Of a stretch of DNA of 64,000 nucleotides, positions 42,533-53,280 are shown piece by piece. This stretch comes from Candidatus Poribacteria bacterium. Lineage in GTDB: Bacteria > Poribacteria > WGA-4E > UBA9662. Below the pieces are notes generated by a model. It was not told the DNA's origin and did not search any database. It saw nothing but the letters and a program-made list of their open reading frames with translations. The stretch covers positions 34,229 to 98,228 of the forward strand of contig JAYGDX010000089.1 of NCBI GenBank assembly GCA_046582655.1. The letters run 5' to 3'. Made by a program: the position numbers and the translations under genes. The stretch's first letter is position 1. Every line of letters begins with the position of its first letter.

Positions 42533-44911
42533 ATGACTGAATGGCGACTTAAATTTTTTGGGTGTGTGGTGGTCCTATTGATAGTTTTTTCCCTACATGT
42601 CACACTTCTCCGATTTTCCCAGACCGTTTATCACGGTGCCCTTGAAACAATTGTTTGTGTTGGTCAGGTTACGAAACTTGATACCAACGAATCGGTTGAT
42701 CAAATTGTAACTTTCCAGATTCTGTCCGGTCAATTTCGTGGTCAGACAGTGAAAGTTGACAACATCTGGATCGGTCGCGCTTATAGCGATCGTAAGCTGT
42801 ATATCGGAGATCGGCTCTTTCTTGAGATTCCTCTTCGCCGATCTGATCAGAAATCGATCGATACTGTCCGGATGCTGGAGTATTTCCGAACGCCTTATTT
42901 ACTGTACCTGACAGGACTTCTGGCTTTATTGATGATTATAGTCGGGGGATCTAAAGGAATTCGTGCGATTGTAACCATGTTCTTGTCTGGACTGATCGTT
43001 TTCTATCTGCTGATTCCTCTCTTAGTCAAAGGTTATAATCCAATTCTTGTTTCTGTATCAATCTCAGCACTTTTAACCTTGTTGACTTTTGTTGTTATTA
43101 CTGGTTTTAGCCGAAAGGTAATTTCGGGTGTGATTGGCACACTTGGAGGATTAATCGTGGTTGCTGTACTGTCAGTCATTGGACAGAGGGCGATGTATCT
43201 CACCGGACTGGCTGAGGAATTCGGGTTTCTTGAACTGGGAATCGCACTTTGGCGAACACCGGGAGCATATTCGTGGAACTTCACTGATCTGCTGTCAGCC
43301 GGAATAATCTTGGGATCGGTTGGAGCCATGATGGATGTAGGAATGTCGATATCCTCTTCCGTCCATGAAGTCAAAGAGGTGAACCCCAATGTTAGCGTGC
43401 GTCAAGCGATTCGTACCGGCTTTAACGTTGGGCGGGACGTGATGGGCACCATGGCAGACACCCTGATCTTTGCCTATCTTGGTGCTGAAATCATAACCAT
43501 GCTACTGCCGCGTATAGATTTTCCGGAAGTTGGTGTCTCTTATCCCTTTCTGCGAATTGTCAATGATGAAGCAACTGCCGCAGCAATTCTTCAAGCCATT
43601 ATCGGAACAATCGGGTTGGTCATGACTGTTCCTATTACGTCAGTTGTAGCTGGAATTCTGACCAAATATGCGAAAGTTGATCATGACAGTGTGGCCAAAA
43701 ATATCCCCTCCACTAAAGAACTAGAAACGATGCATCGCCAGGAAAAAGAGAAAAAGTCCCAGTATCTGGTACCAATCGGGCTGGTGGTTGTTATTTGTAG
43801 TACTTTTGGGTTACAGAATCACGTTAATCACTCGGCAGCCACCATTGTGAGACAGGAAGATAGTAGTGGCAAACTGGTTTCGGTTTCTGAGTATGCGAAA
43901 GGAAAAGTTATCCGCCGGCTTGAACGTAATGCCGACACCGAATCAACAGCACACGATATTCTGGAGATCGAATTACTATCTGGAGTCTATAAGGGGCAGA
44001 GCCTTATCTTGCGAAATGTGATTCAGAAAAAAATGCCGCTACTAACGATTCCCGCCAAACCGGGAGATATCGTCCTCTGCCGTGTCGGTGGATCTCTCGA
44101 TCAGATTGGTCTAGTCAACCTGGTACAGGAGTATGGGCGAGACCGATTTCTGATTTGGATGTTCGGGGTAATGCTGGTTGTCATCATCTTAGTTGGGCGA
44201 AACGAAGGAGTACGAACAGTTATTGCAATGATTGGTTCGGGGCTGATTATTTATTTTTTTATGCTACCATTGATCGCAAGTGGCAACCCGCCCGTTCTAA
44301 TTGTGGTCTTAAGCAGTGGGATGATTGCCTTCTGCTCGTTGGTTTTTGTCATTGGCCCCAGTCGCAAGACGTTTTCAGCTGTTATTAGTACAATGGCTGG
44401 GGTAACGATTGCCGGCTTGATTGTCGTGATTTCACAGCATTATCTGCACTTCACAGGTATGGAAAATGCGATCTCTGCTGATATCGTCGAGGCGGTTGGG
44501 ATCCCCTTCGATTTTCGCCAGTTGCTATTGGCTGGAATGTTAATCGGCTTATTAGGTGTTGCCGTTGATGGGGCTATTGAAGTTTCGTCATCAATGGAGG
44601 AAGTTCGCCGGGCAAACCCACAGATGCCATCGTGGCAATTGATTTCTTCTGGGATGAACGTTGGTACAGATATTTTGGGTACCATGGTTAACACACTTTT
44701 ATTCGCATATCTTGGCGTGCGGTTACTACTTTTAATGGCAATAATAGCACCGGATTTAAGAGATAGTCTATTTGCTTCACCAGCAGTTGAGTTGCTCAGC
44801 ATTGGGATTACATCTGCGGAGATTCTCAGGCTCCTTGCTGGTACACTTGGACTGGTTTTAGTGATTCCGATTACCGCCATAATTTCTGCGTTCTGGCATC
44901 GGAGAAGTTAA
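42533..44911 (+). CDS. YibE/F-family membrane protein with two tandem YibE/F units
   Basis: Two copies of the motif set GAMMDVGMSISSS/GVAVDGAIEVSSS, G.NVG.D..GTM..TL.FAYLG, GT.GLV...PIT. Confidence 0.85.
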   Translation: MTEWRLKFFGCVVVLLIVFSLHVTLLRFSQTVYHGALETIVCVGQVTKLDTNESVDQIVTFQILSGQFRGQTVKVDNIWIGRAYSDRKLYIGDRLFLEIPLRRSDQKSIDTVRMLEYFRTPYLLYLTGLLALLMIIVGGSKGIRAIVTMFLSGLIVFYLLIPLLVKGYNPILVSVSISALLTLLTFVVITGFSRKVISGVIGTLGGLIVVAVLSVIGQRAMYLTGLAEEFGFLELGIALWRTPGAYSWNFTDLLSAGIILGSVGAMMDVGMSISSSVHEVKEVNPNVSVRQAIRTGFNVGRDVMGTMADTLIFAYLGAEIITMLLPRIDFPEVGVSYPFLRIVNDEATAAAILQAIIGTIGLVMTVPITSVVAGILTKYAKVDHDSVAKNIPSTKELETMHRQEKEKKSQYLVPIGLVVVICSTFGLQNHVNHSAATIVRQEDSSGKLVSVSEYAKGKVIRRLERNADTESTAHDILEIELLSGVYKGQSLILRNVIQKKMPLLTIPAKPGDIVLCRVGGSLDQIGLVNLVQEYGRDRFLIWMFGVMLVVIILVGRNEGVRTVIAMIGSGLIIYFFMLPLIASGNPPVLIVVLSSGMIAFCSLVFVIGPSRKTFSAVISTMAGVTIAGLIVVISQHYLHFTGMENAISADIVEAVGIPFDFRQLLLAGMLIGLLGVAVDGAIEVSSSMEEVRRANPQMPSWQLISSGMNVGTDILGTMVNTLLFAYLGVRLLLLMAIIAPDLRDSLFASPAVELLSIGITSAEILRLLAGTLGLVLVIPITAIISAFWHRRS

Positions 44912-45693
44912 GCTTTTTCTTGTTGTTTGACTTGTTCCCAAATCTGATCAAGTCCAGAGAGGTCGTAGTCTTTGAACGTCTTACTGGTTCTTTCAAGTTT
45001 AGTTTCCATCCGTTGAAACCGATCTACAAATTTGCGGTTAGACTTTCGCAACGCTTCTTCGGGCTGTACATTTAGGAATCGGCATAAATTCACAACTGAG
45101 AAAAGTAGATCACCGATTTCCATTTCTATTTCGGTAATTTCGTTGTTTCTGATACTTTCCTCAATTTCAACAATTTCTTCTTGAAGTTTGGGTAAAACAT
45201 CCTCTGTTTGGTTCCAGTCAAACCCGACTCTTGACGCTTTTTTCTGGATCTTCTCCGCTCTTTGCAGACTTGGCAGTGAATTTGGAATACCATCTAGCGA
45301 CGACTTCCGGTCTTTGTTTCCATCTTCGCTACGTTTAATCTCTTCCCAATTCTTTAGCACCTCGCTTTCGTCTTTAGCAACAGCTTCACCGAAAACATGT
45401 GGGTGTCTCCGGATCAGTTTCTCTGTCAAGTTTCCGATGACGTCGTCAACACTGAAGTCATTTTGATCTGTGGCAATCTGGGAATGTAACATAACTTGCA
45501 TCAGTAGATCCCCAAGTTCATCACAGATTTTATCCGGAACGTTGGCATCAATGGCTTCAATAAGCTCGTACGCTTCCTCAATTAAATCCGTCTTCAGCGA
45601 TTCATGGGTTTGAGCCAGATCCCAAGGACATCCGTTTTCGCTTCGCAGCATAGCAACGACATCCACCAGACGATCAAAGGATATGCTTTTCAT
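44908..45693 (-). CDS. mazG: Nucleoside triphosphate pyrophosphohydrolase MazG
   Basis: GCPWDLAQTHESL, EEAYE, ELGDLL, IRRHPHVF, EIGDLLF. Confidence 0.95.
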   Translation of the reverse strand: MKSISFDRLVDVVAMLRSENGCPWDLAQTHESLKTDLIEEAYELIEAIDANVPDKICDELGDLLMQVMLHSQIATDQNDFSVDDVIGNLTEKLIRRHPHVFGEAVAKDESEVLKNWEEIKRSEDGNKDRKSSLDGIPNSLPSLQRAEKIQKKASRVGFDWNQTEDVLPKLQEEIVEIEESIRNNEITEIEMEIGDLLFSVVNLCRFLNVQPEEALRKSNRKFVDRFQRMETKLERTSKTFKDYDLSGLDQIWEQVKQQEKA

Positions 45694-45699
45694 AGTTGT

Positions 45700-46914
45700 T
45701 TAAGCCCATCCTTGGCTTTCGCCGCCAACTCGAGCTTTGCTGATCCGCTCAAAGTATCCGCTTTTACGATAGGCAGTGAGGGGGTCGGGATCCAGATTCA
45801 TCTCCAATCGAACCTGTTCCAGCAAGGGGCGAACATCAGTCTCTACCGCACGTTGCAGAATTTGCTCAGCATCAATAATTTCACCCGCTGCTTGCGCTTC
45901 AGCCAATGATTGGCGATCAACAATTAAAGCCTTAGCATAAGCAGTCTGGAGATTACAAACTGATTGGAGACTTGCCTCGACCTTTGGCTTAAGGTTGTGG
46001 CTCTGGTCGATCATATAGGCAATATCGGTTTCTACCTCTGGATCAAGTTCCGCTGCTACAAGCTCATTATAGATCAAAAAAAGCTCCTGTGGATTGATGG
46101 AACCAACGGTTAAGTCATCATCGGCAAATTTTTTGCAGTTAAAATGAAAACCACCAAGTTTATCTTCGTCAATTAGATAAGCAACGATAAACTCGATATT
46201 GATGCCGAGTGGATGATGCCCCAGATCAATCAGTACCTGCGCTTTATCACCCAATTTTTTAGCCATTACGTAGGCAGTTCCCCAGTCGGTTAAGTCCGTA
46301 TGATAAAATCCGGGCTCAAAGAATTTATATTCGATTAGCATCCGTTGGTTATCATTTAACGCGCCGAAAACCTCTCTTAACGCTTCTTCCATCCAATGTT
46401 TTCTCTGTCGAAAATTGCCTTGCCCCGGAAAGTTGGTACCATCAGCAAACCATAGGCTCAAATCTTGTGATCCAGTTATACTCATTATATCAACACACTC
46501 AAGCATATGGTCAATAGCTACTCGACGGACCGATGAATCAGGGTTGCAAACGCTACCCAGTTTGTAAATCTGATCCTGAAAAACATTTGGATTGATAGCA
46601 CCAATACCAATGTTAAGGTCGGCAGCATACTGCTGGAGACTGTCCCAATCGTCTGTTTGATCCCACGGAATATGGAGAGCAACTGTTGGAGATACACCTG
46701 TGTACTTGTGTACAGTTGCTGCATCCTCAAGTCGTTCCGCCGCATTCCGTGCCGCACCTTCCTGATGAAAAACACCGAAACGTGTTCCGGAGTTGCCATA
46801 TCCCCACGAAGGCGTTTCGATATGTTGTTTTTTTAGATTATTTCTAATTTTGTCTACGTTGTGTCCCTGTTTTGTCAAATCATCTGCCAAAATATCATAT
46901 TTGATATTACTCAT
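45700..46914 (-). CDS. rhaI: L-rhamnose isomerase (RhaI, Streptomyces/Pseudomonas stutzeri type)
   Basis: [52 protein letters not shown]. Confidence 0.88.
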   Translation of the reverse strand: MSNIKYDILADDLTKQGHNVDKIRNNLKKQHIETPSWGYGNSGTRFGVFHQEGAARNAAERLEDAATVHKYTGVSPTVALHIPWDQTDDWDSLQQYAADLNIGIGAINPNVFQDQIYKLGSVCNPDSSVRRVAIDHMLECVDIMSITGSQDLSLWFADGTNFPGQGNFRQRKHWMEEALREVFGALNDNQRMLIEYKFFEPGFYHTDLTDWGTAYVMAKKLGDKAQVLIDLGHHPLGINIEFIVAYLIDEDKLGGFHFNCKKFADDDLTVGSINPQELFLIYNELVAAELDPEVETDIAYMIDQSHNLKPKVEASLQSVCNLQTAYAKALIVDRQSLAEAQAAGEIIDAEQILQRAVETDVRPLLEQVRLEMNLDPDPLTAYRKSGYFERISKARVGGESQGWA

Positions 46915-46947
46915 AACTTATCTCCTTTTTTGTGTTGCGTAAGATAT

Positions 46948-48717
46948 TTATGCATCAATTTTGATTGATAATTCTTCGAGTTGGAAATCAGTGACGTCGG
47001 AAGGTGCTCCGGTCATCAGACAAGCGCCACGTTGTGTTTTTGGAAAAGCGATGACTTCACGAATATTTTCTTCTCCTAGCATCAGCATCACCAATCGGTC
47101 TAACCCCGGGGCAATTCCTGCGTGCGGCGGGGTGCCATATTGCAATGCTTCAATAAAGTATCCGAATCTCGATTCCACTTCTTCTGGAGAAATGTTCAGG
47201 TTGTTTAAAATCTTTTGCTGAATCTCCCATCTGTGAATTCTAACACTACCGCTGGCAACCTCATTTCCATTGATCACCAAATCGTAGTGTTGTGATCGGG
47301 CATTACCTGGATCAGTGTCAAGTAGTTGGATACTGTCATCAGTGGGTGCCGTGAAAAGATGGTGAGCTGGTTCATAACGATCTTCGTCTTCATTCCACTC
47401 AAATAACGGAAAATCAACAATCCATAGAAAGTCATATCGATTCTGATCAATCAGACTGAGTTTTCGACCAAGATGTAGGCGTAAATTGGAGAGGGAATCG
47501 GCAACGATCTTGGGGTTATCAGCAACAAATAACATTAAATCCCCCTGTTTCGCTCTCATTCGTTCTGCCATGGCGTTAAGAGTTTCCCCAGTAAAAAACT
47601 TGACAATTCCAGAATCAAAACCGTTCTCCATAACCTTAATCCAAGCTAGTCCTTTGGCCTGGTAAACAGCTACTAGATTCGTGAGTTCATCGATATCCCG
47701 ACGTGAGAATTGATTGGCACCATCTGGAACTGCGATCCCTTTCACTTGACCACCACTGCTTGCCACGTTTGAGAAAACTTTAAAATCACAATCGACAACC
47801 AGATCAGAGAGATCATAAAGTTCCATATCGAAGCGTGTATCAGGCTTATCTGATCCAAATCTAGACATTGCTTCTGCATATGACATTCTTTTAAATGGAA
47901 CTCCGATAGGAATATCGGCAGCTTCTTTAAAGATCCGTTTCATTAATCCTTCAGTAACCTCAATGACATCATCTTGAGTTGCGAACGACATTTCGTAATC
48001 AATTTGTGTGAATTCCAGCTGGCGGTCAGCACGAGTATCCTCATCTCGAAAACACTTGGGAATTTGAAAATACCGATCAATCCCACTCATCATTAGAATC
48101 TGCTTAAATTGCTGTGGCGACTGTGGTAAGGCATAGAATTTACCGTGATTCAACCGACTTGGTACAAGTACATCGCGGGCACCTTCTGGTGTACTGTTCA
48201 TTAGGATCGGTGTCTCGACTTCTATAAAACCTCGCTCGCTCATATAGTTTCTGCATGCCAACATGGCTTTATGTCGTGTTATCAGGATCTTCTGCATTTT
48301 GGGCCGGCGTAAATCAAGATATCTGTGCTTAAGCCGAACTTCTTCAGCAACGTTAATATCATCTTCGATAAGGAAGGGTGGGGTTTGGGCAGTATTTAGG
48401 ATTTCAAGTTGATCTACAGCGATTTCAATTTCACCCGTTGGTAAATTTGGGTTTGTCGCTCCTTCACCCCGTCCGCGGATTTTCCCGCTAACACATAATA
48501 CGAATTCATTCCGAATTTGGTTAGCCCGTTCGTGAGCCACCTGATCAATCATCGGATCAAACACAACCTGTGTGATTCCTGTTCTATCTCGGAGATCAAC
48601 GAAAATCACCCCCCCGTGGTCACGACGACGCATAACCCACCCGGTCAATCTTGCCGTTTTCCCTGCGTCAGCGAGTCGCAACTCGCCACAATAATGTGAT
48701 CGTCTCATTTCTTGCAT
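46948..48717 (-). CDS. aspS: Aspartate--tRNA ligase, likely non-discriminating
   Basis: RDHGGVIFVDLRD, STPEGARD, LPQSPQQFKQ, FRDED.RADRQ, GLDRL; His in RDHG suggests the Asp/Asn type. Confidence 0.97.
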   Translation of the reverse strand: MQEMRRSHYCGELRLADAGKTARLTGWVMRRRDHGGVIFVDLRDRTGITQVVFDPMIDQVAHERANQIRNEFVLCVSGKIRGRGEGATNPNLPTGEIEIAVDQLEILNTAQTPPFLIEDDINVAEEVRLKHRYLDLRRPKMQKILITRHKAMLACRNYMSERGFIEVETPILMNSTPEGARDVLVPSRLNHGKFYALPQSPQQFKQILMMSGIDRYFQIPKCFRDEDTRADRQLEFTQIDYEMSFATQDDVIEVTEGLMKRIFKEAADIPIGVPFKRMSYAEAMSRFGSDKPDTRFDMELYDLSDLVVDCDFKVFSNVASSGGQVKGIAVPDGANQFSRRDIDELTNLVAVYQAKGLAWIKVMENGFDSGIVKFFTGETLNAMAERMRAKQGDLMLFVADNPKIVADSLSNLRLHLGRKLSLIDQNRYDFLWIVDFPLFEWNEDEDRYEPAHHLFTAPTDDSIQLLDTDPGNARSQHYDLVINGNEVASGSVRIHRWEIQQKILNNLNISPEEVESRFGYFIEALQYGTPPHAGIAPGLDRLVMLMLGEENIREVIAFPKTQRGACLMTGAPSDVTDFQLEELSIKIDA

Positions 48718-48764
48718 TTGTCTTTTGTTTCCCTCCTAAATTTGAAACATAGAAAAATTTTCCT

Positions 48765-51700
48765 TTACATAGCACTCCAGATTTGTTGACGAAATTCTTT
48801 CAATTCCTGATCTCCTGGAACTAGCTTTATGGCTTGATTTATAGATTGCAAAGCCTGATCATATTGTTGTAGTGAGAAATGCAGTTGGGCTAAACTTATC
48901 AGAGGCTGTACAACATCAGGGGCTAACTCAATGGCCTTACGATAAAACTGAATTGCCTTTCCCTCTTGATTTTGATCAACGTGGATCGTACCAAGCAGAT
49001 AATTTACTTTCCAAGAGTCAGGTGCAGACGCAAACGCATCTTCGGCATATTTGGTCGCTTTATCTTGAAGGCCTTTCATCTGGTAAATAGAAGCCATAAC
49101 GCCCAATATCTCTGGTGGCAACTCGTTGGCAATTGCTTCAAGCCGTTCATAAGTTCCCAATGCCCGATCGATTTTTTCCTGCCGTTCATATAACGGACCA
49201 AGAAAAAGATAAAGTTCCAGTCGGTTTGGATTATACTTGAGCGATTCTTCTGCCGCATCCGATGATTTGTTCAGTTTTCCCTGCATTTCATAGATAATAG
49301 CCAGTTGGAAGTGCGTTTCTGAATCTTGTGGATTCTGCCTTAGTTTTTGCTTTAATTGCTTTTCAAGCTGCTTTATTTCTTCTTGCTGGCTTTCCTGCGT
49401 CAGGCCAAGTACCACCTGCAGGTTGTACCGAATGGTCATATCATCCTTATTAAAAGAAAATGCTTCTCCAAGTACTTGACCCGCTTTAGTATAATCCCGA
49501 CCAGTATAGGCGACCTGGCCTTCGATCAACTTTTGCGTTGCTGAAAAGTAGCGGTTAATCTGTTCGCGGATCTGCTTCTTTTCATCAAATGTTTGCCCAT
49601 AATTGGTTAACCATGATGTAACTCGTTGTCGGTATTCTGACAGCCCTTCAACATTCCTCTGCGTGGTGTTAATCAAACTTTTGGCATTGAAAAACTCAAG
49701 GTAAGGTCGATCATCTGTATGTATTTTTCCTTCCCCAGCATAGTTGCGAACTGCTTCTTCGCCCATCATGAAAGAGTCCAGCAACGACATCCCGTCAAGG
49801 TTATCGGCCTCCAATCCCTGCTGAATGCTCGGGATATTTGATCTGGCCATAAAATCTTTATAATTAATTTTCAACCGTTGTTTTGTACCAATGAGGATAA
49901 TGAAGTCTGGCGTAAACTTATACCAGAGTGTTGTGTTTGGAAATACTTCAATGAACGTTCTAACAATCATCTTCAGGTGTTTTTCAGGCATTCGATGTAG
50001 TGGCACCCATTGACACATAACCCCATCATCAGTTAGGATCCGCTTGCACAGTTGGTAAAAATTTTCTGTGTAGATGTTTGAACTGCCGGCGCTGACAAGC
50101 GGATGGATGATTCCTGTTGAGATCATATCATACCTCTTCTCAGTCATTAAAATGTAGTTCCGGCCATCGTTAATGTGACAATTAAATAGTGAGTGCTCAA
50201 ACACGTTTTTGTTAACAATCGTAAAATAATTGCGGGCGGCTTTGATCACACCTTCTGAAATTTCGATAGCATCAATCTTTACACCGTGTTGCGTGATCGA
50301 ATGTGACGTCAGACCCATGCCGAATCCAACCACTAGTGCAGTTTTCGGGGCTGGATGCAGCAAAAGCGGTAAATGAGCAATTACACGATGCGAGGGCGAA
50401 TCCCAACGTGAGGCGTCAGCAGCCTGATTGGTGTCAACGTAGAGACGATACACACCAGCATCGTCCTTGAGTGTTGTAATTGAGGCATCTATTCCCTCGG
50501 TATAGTCAATCAGTTTATCTCCCGGATGTTGCAAGCGGAAAATTGCGCTGTTTAGAAAAAGCGGAGTGTTTGACCAAACCAGCGTCATAACAACAACCGT
50601 TATAGTAACGATTGAACCGCTGATTGCTATGCCATCAAAAACCTGAGACCTGAGATCATTCAGGAAGATAAGTACACAGCCGATGAGTAGGTTAAGGGTG
50701 ACTACTAGTGCGATTGACGGGCGAATTCCAATCAAGGGAATCAGAACAAAACCCGCACAGAAGGATCCCAAGATTGCTCCTATTGTGTTAGCAGAATAGA
50801 CTTCACCAGTACTTTGACCAAGCTGGTTCTTGCTGTGCACATAGATCCTTGTGACTATCGGGAAACATGCTCCCATCAGTGTCGAGGGAACGACCATCAC
50901 AATCAAGCATGCGAAGAAAGTCCAAATTCGTCCACCAGGTAGACCTTGGAATACAAGCATTACATCAAACATTTTGTTGAATATAGGCATCAACAAAATG
51001 GAGGATAACCCAATGCCAATTTGAACCAATCCTAACAGGTTGACGGGTGATTTGGTCCAATCTGCAACTTTTGCGAAAATGTAGCTACCAAACGCAATAC
51101 CGAATAGAAAAGCAGCTAAAATCGTTGAGAACGCGTAGGTGGTACTACCTAGAAAGAACACGAGGATGCGTGTCCATAGGACTTCATATGCTAAGGCGCA
51201 AAATCCTGAGATACCAAAGGCAAGCAACACAAATTTCCAAATCGGATCTTTTACTGAATTTGCCGACGCAGGGGTTAGGTTTAGGACCTCCTCTGCCGGT
51301 TCCTTTGTTGGTTGCCCACCAATCAATAACGCCACTAGAGCTACGAAAAAATTTATGGCCACCGCTAGAAAAACTGTACGTTGAATACCAAGATATTGGA
51401 TAAAAAGGAATCCTGTAGCAATTGCTCCTACGGCTGCACCAAACGTATTGACTGCATAAAAAAAACCAATACGACGACCTCGATTTCCGATCTCCTTAAC
51501 TACAAACTTACTTATGACTGGTAATGTTCCTCCCATTAAAGCTGCCGGTACTAAAACTATCAAAAAGGATATAGCAAACCGAACCAGCGTAAGTGAGTAG
51601 AACTCAGCATTAAATGATCGATAAATCAGGATGTAGGAAGCCTTTAGTATGAGGAGAAATAGCGGGAAGATCAAGGCATAAACACCGATTAATGCTTCCA

Positions 51701-51926
51701 GAACCGCGTATAGCCGTAAGGGTGATCGCTGGCGATCGGCTAATTTCCCAAAGTATATACTGCCGAGTGCGAGTCCTGACATGAACGCTGTCAAGACAGT
51801 ACTGACAGCCAAAACGGTGCTTCCAAAAAGGAGAGTGAGTTGTCGTGTCCAGATTATCTGGTAGATTAAACTGCTTGCACCAGAGAGAAAAAAAATGATG
51901 GCGACAGTTTGCCTCATGTAAAACAC
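48765..51926 (-). CDS. Fused membrane (MFS-like)/spermidine-synthase-like protein with C-terminal TPRs
   Basis: SGASSLIYQIIW, LMGGTLP, YAVNTFGA, VVGFGMGLT, DGRNYI, HTDDRPYLEF, then TPRs. Confidence 0.88.
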   Translation of the reverse strand: MFYMRQTVAIIFFLSGASSLIYQIIWTRQLTLLFGSTVLAVSTVLTAFMSGLALGSIYFGKLADRQRSPLRLYAVLEALIGVYALIFPLFLLILKASYILIYRSFNAEFYSLTLVRFAISFLIVLVPAALMGGTLPVISKFVVKEIGNRGRRIGFFYAVNTFGAAVGAIATGFLFIQYLGIQRTVFLAVAINFFVALVALLIGGQPTKEPAEEVLNLTPASANSVKDPIWKFVLLAFGISGFCALAYEVLWTRILVFFLGSTTYAFSTILAAFLFGIAFGSYIFAKVADWTKSPVNLLGLVQIGIGLSSILLMPIFNKMFDVMLVFQGLPGGRIWTFFACLIVMVVPSTLMGACFPIVTRIYVHSKNQLGQSTGEVYSANTIGAILGSFCAGFVLIPLIGIRPSIALVVTLNLLIGCVLIFLNDLRSQVFDGIAISGSIVTITVVVMTLVWSNTPLFLNSAIFRLQHPGDKLIDYTEGIDASITTLKDDAGVYRLYVDTNQAADASRWDSPSHRVIAHLPLLLHPAPKTALVVGFGMGLTSHSITQHGVKIDAIEISEGVIKAARNYFTIVNKNVFEHSLFNCHINDGRNYILMTEKRYDMISTGIIHPLVSAGSSNIYTENFYQLCKRILTDDGVMCQWVPLHRMPEKHLKMIVRTFIEVFPNTTLWYKFTPDFIILIGTKQRLKINYKDFMARSNIPSIQQGLEADNLDGMSLLDSFMMGEEAVRNYAGEGKIHTDDRPYLEFFNAKSLINTTQRNVEGLSEYRQRVTSWLTNYGQTFDEKKQIREQINRYFSATQKLIEGQVAYTGRDYTKAGQVLGEAFSFNKDDMTIRYNLQVVLGLTQESQQEEIKQLEKQLKQKLRQNPQDSETHFQLAIIYEMQGKLNKSSDAAEESLKYNPNRLELYLFLGPLYERQEKIDRALGTYERLEAIANELPPEILGVMASIYQMKGLQDKATKYAEDAFASAPDSWKVNYLLGTIHVDQNQEGKAIQFYRKAIELAPDVVQPLISLAQLHFSLQQYDQALQSINQAIKLVPGDQELKEFRQQIWSAM

Positions 51927-52100
51927 TCTTTAGATGAATATTGGGGATTTGGAATCCCATAATTCGAATCCCATTATAACATATCCCATCTGGGAATGTG
52001 AACGACCAATCCTCGGCACATAATGAATAGAAAATGGTGTAAAATCAAACCAATCTGTGATAGAATGAAAATGTTGAAAATTTTATGGAGGCTGTTGTGA

Positions 52101-53204
52101 ATGGAGCATTTAAAGGCAAGTGCTGTGATTCTGCTAATGCTTATTTTGTTAGTCAATTGCGTTTTTGCTAATACTAATCCTGTGGTTACGAATCTGGATG
52201 TTTCGCAACGCAAGGATGGCAAGTTGGAAATCAGCTTTGATATCGAGGACGAACAGGATGATTTACTGTCAGTTGCCATCGAGGTCTCGGATAATAACGG
52301 TCGAACCTACGATGTCCCGATAGGATTAAATAGTTTGACGGGCGATGTAGGTGACGGTATTGAAGCAGGGAAAGCCAAGAAGATTGTCTGGGACGCAATA
52401 AAAGATCAGCCAAACGTCAATAGTGCAAGTTACCGCGTAAGAATAACCGTTGCTGAACGCCCAGAAGGTATGGTGCTTATCCCAGTCCGGCGTTTCATAA
52501 TGGGAGATGACAACGGAAATCCTGACCAACAACCCGAACGAGAAATTGAACTTGATCCCTTTTTTATTGATAAGTATGAAGTAACAAACCTCGAGTTTGC
52601 CAGATTTCTAAATAATATTGGTCGTATCACTGACCAGGACGGTAATTTACTGATTGATCTCAAGGATAAGGACGTACAGATTGTCTGGTCCAGTGGAATG
52701 TATCGAGTGGCGGATGGTTACCTGAACCATCCGGTGGTTGAGGTAACCTGGTTCGGTGCGAACGCATATGCTAAATGGGATGGAAAACGATTGCCGACGG
52801 AAGCAGAATGGGAAAAAGCCGCACGGGGATCTGACAGCCGAACCTATCCTTGGGGCGAAGGTCTTGACTGGTTACAAGCAAATTACAATAAACACCGCGG
52901 TGAGGCTGAGCCGATAGATGAGTATCCAGCAGGTCAAAGCCCTTATCGCATCTATAATCTGGCCGGAAACGTGGCCGAATGGGTAGCGGATGTGTATGAT
53001 GCCAATTTCTACAGTTCAGCAACGGCAAAAAATCCAGTAAACGTTGGTAATGAGGCCGAATTTCCCATTAAGCGGGTCGTCCGTGGTGGATCATGGTACA
53101 GCCACCAAAATGAATTGAAATGTGCTGCTCGAAGCCAATTGACACCAACTGAATCACAGTTTAGCGTTGGTTTTCGTTGTGCGATGTCAATCAAGACAAA
53201 TTAG
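52101..53204 (+). CDS. Secreted FGE-sulfatase (SUMF1-like) domain protein with N-terminal Ig-like domain
   Basis: DKYEVTN, RLPTEAEWEKAARG, NLAGNVAEWVAD, RGGSW, GFRCA. Confidence 0.9.
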   Translation: MEHLKASAVILLMLILLVNCVFANTNPVVTNLDVSQRKDGKLEISFDIEDEQDDLLSVAIEVSDNNGRTYDVPIGLNSLTGDVGDGIEAGKAKKIVWDAIKDQPNVNSASYRVRITVAERPEGMVLIPVRRFIMGDDNGNPDQQPEREIELDPFFIDKYEVTNLEFARFLNNIGRITDQDGNLLIDLKDKDVQIVWSSGMYRVADGYLNHPVVEVTWFGANAYAKWDGKRLPTEAEWEKAARGSDSRTYPWGEGLDWLQANYNKHRGEAEPIDEYPAGQSPYRIYNLAGNVAEWVADVYDANFYSSATAKNPVNVGNEAEFPIKRVVRGGSWYSHQNELKCAARSQLTPTESQFSVGFRCAMSIKTN

Positions 53205-53280
53205 CATTCTTGGTTGACTAAAATTCTCTATCTAAAATAAAAGATAACCAAGCTGATTTTAACAATAATTTGAGGTATTA

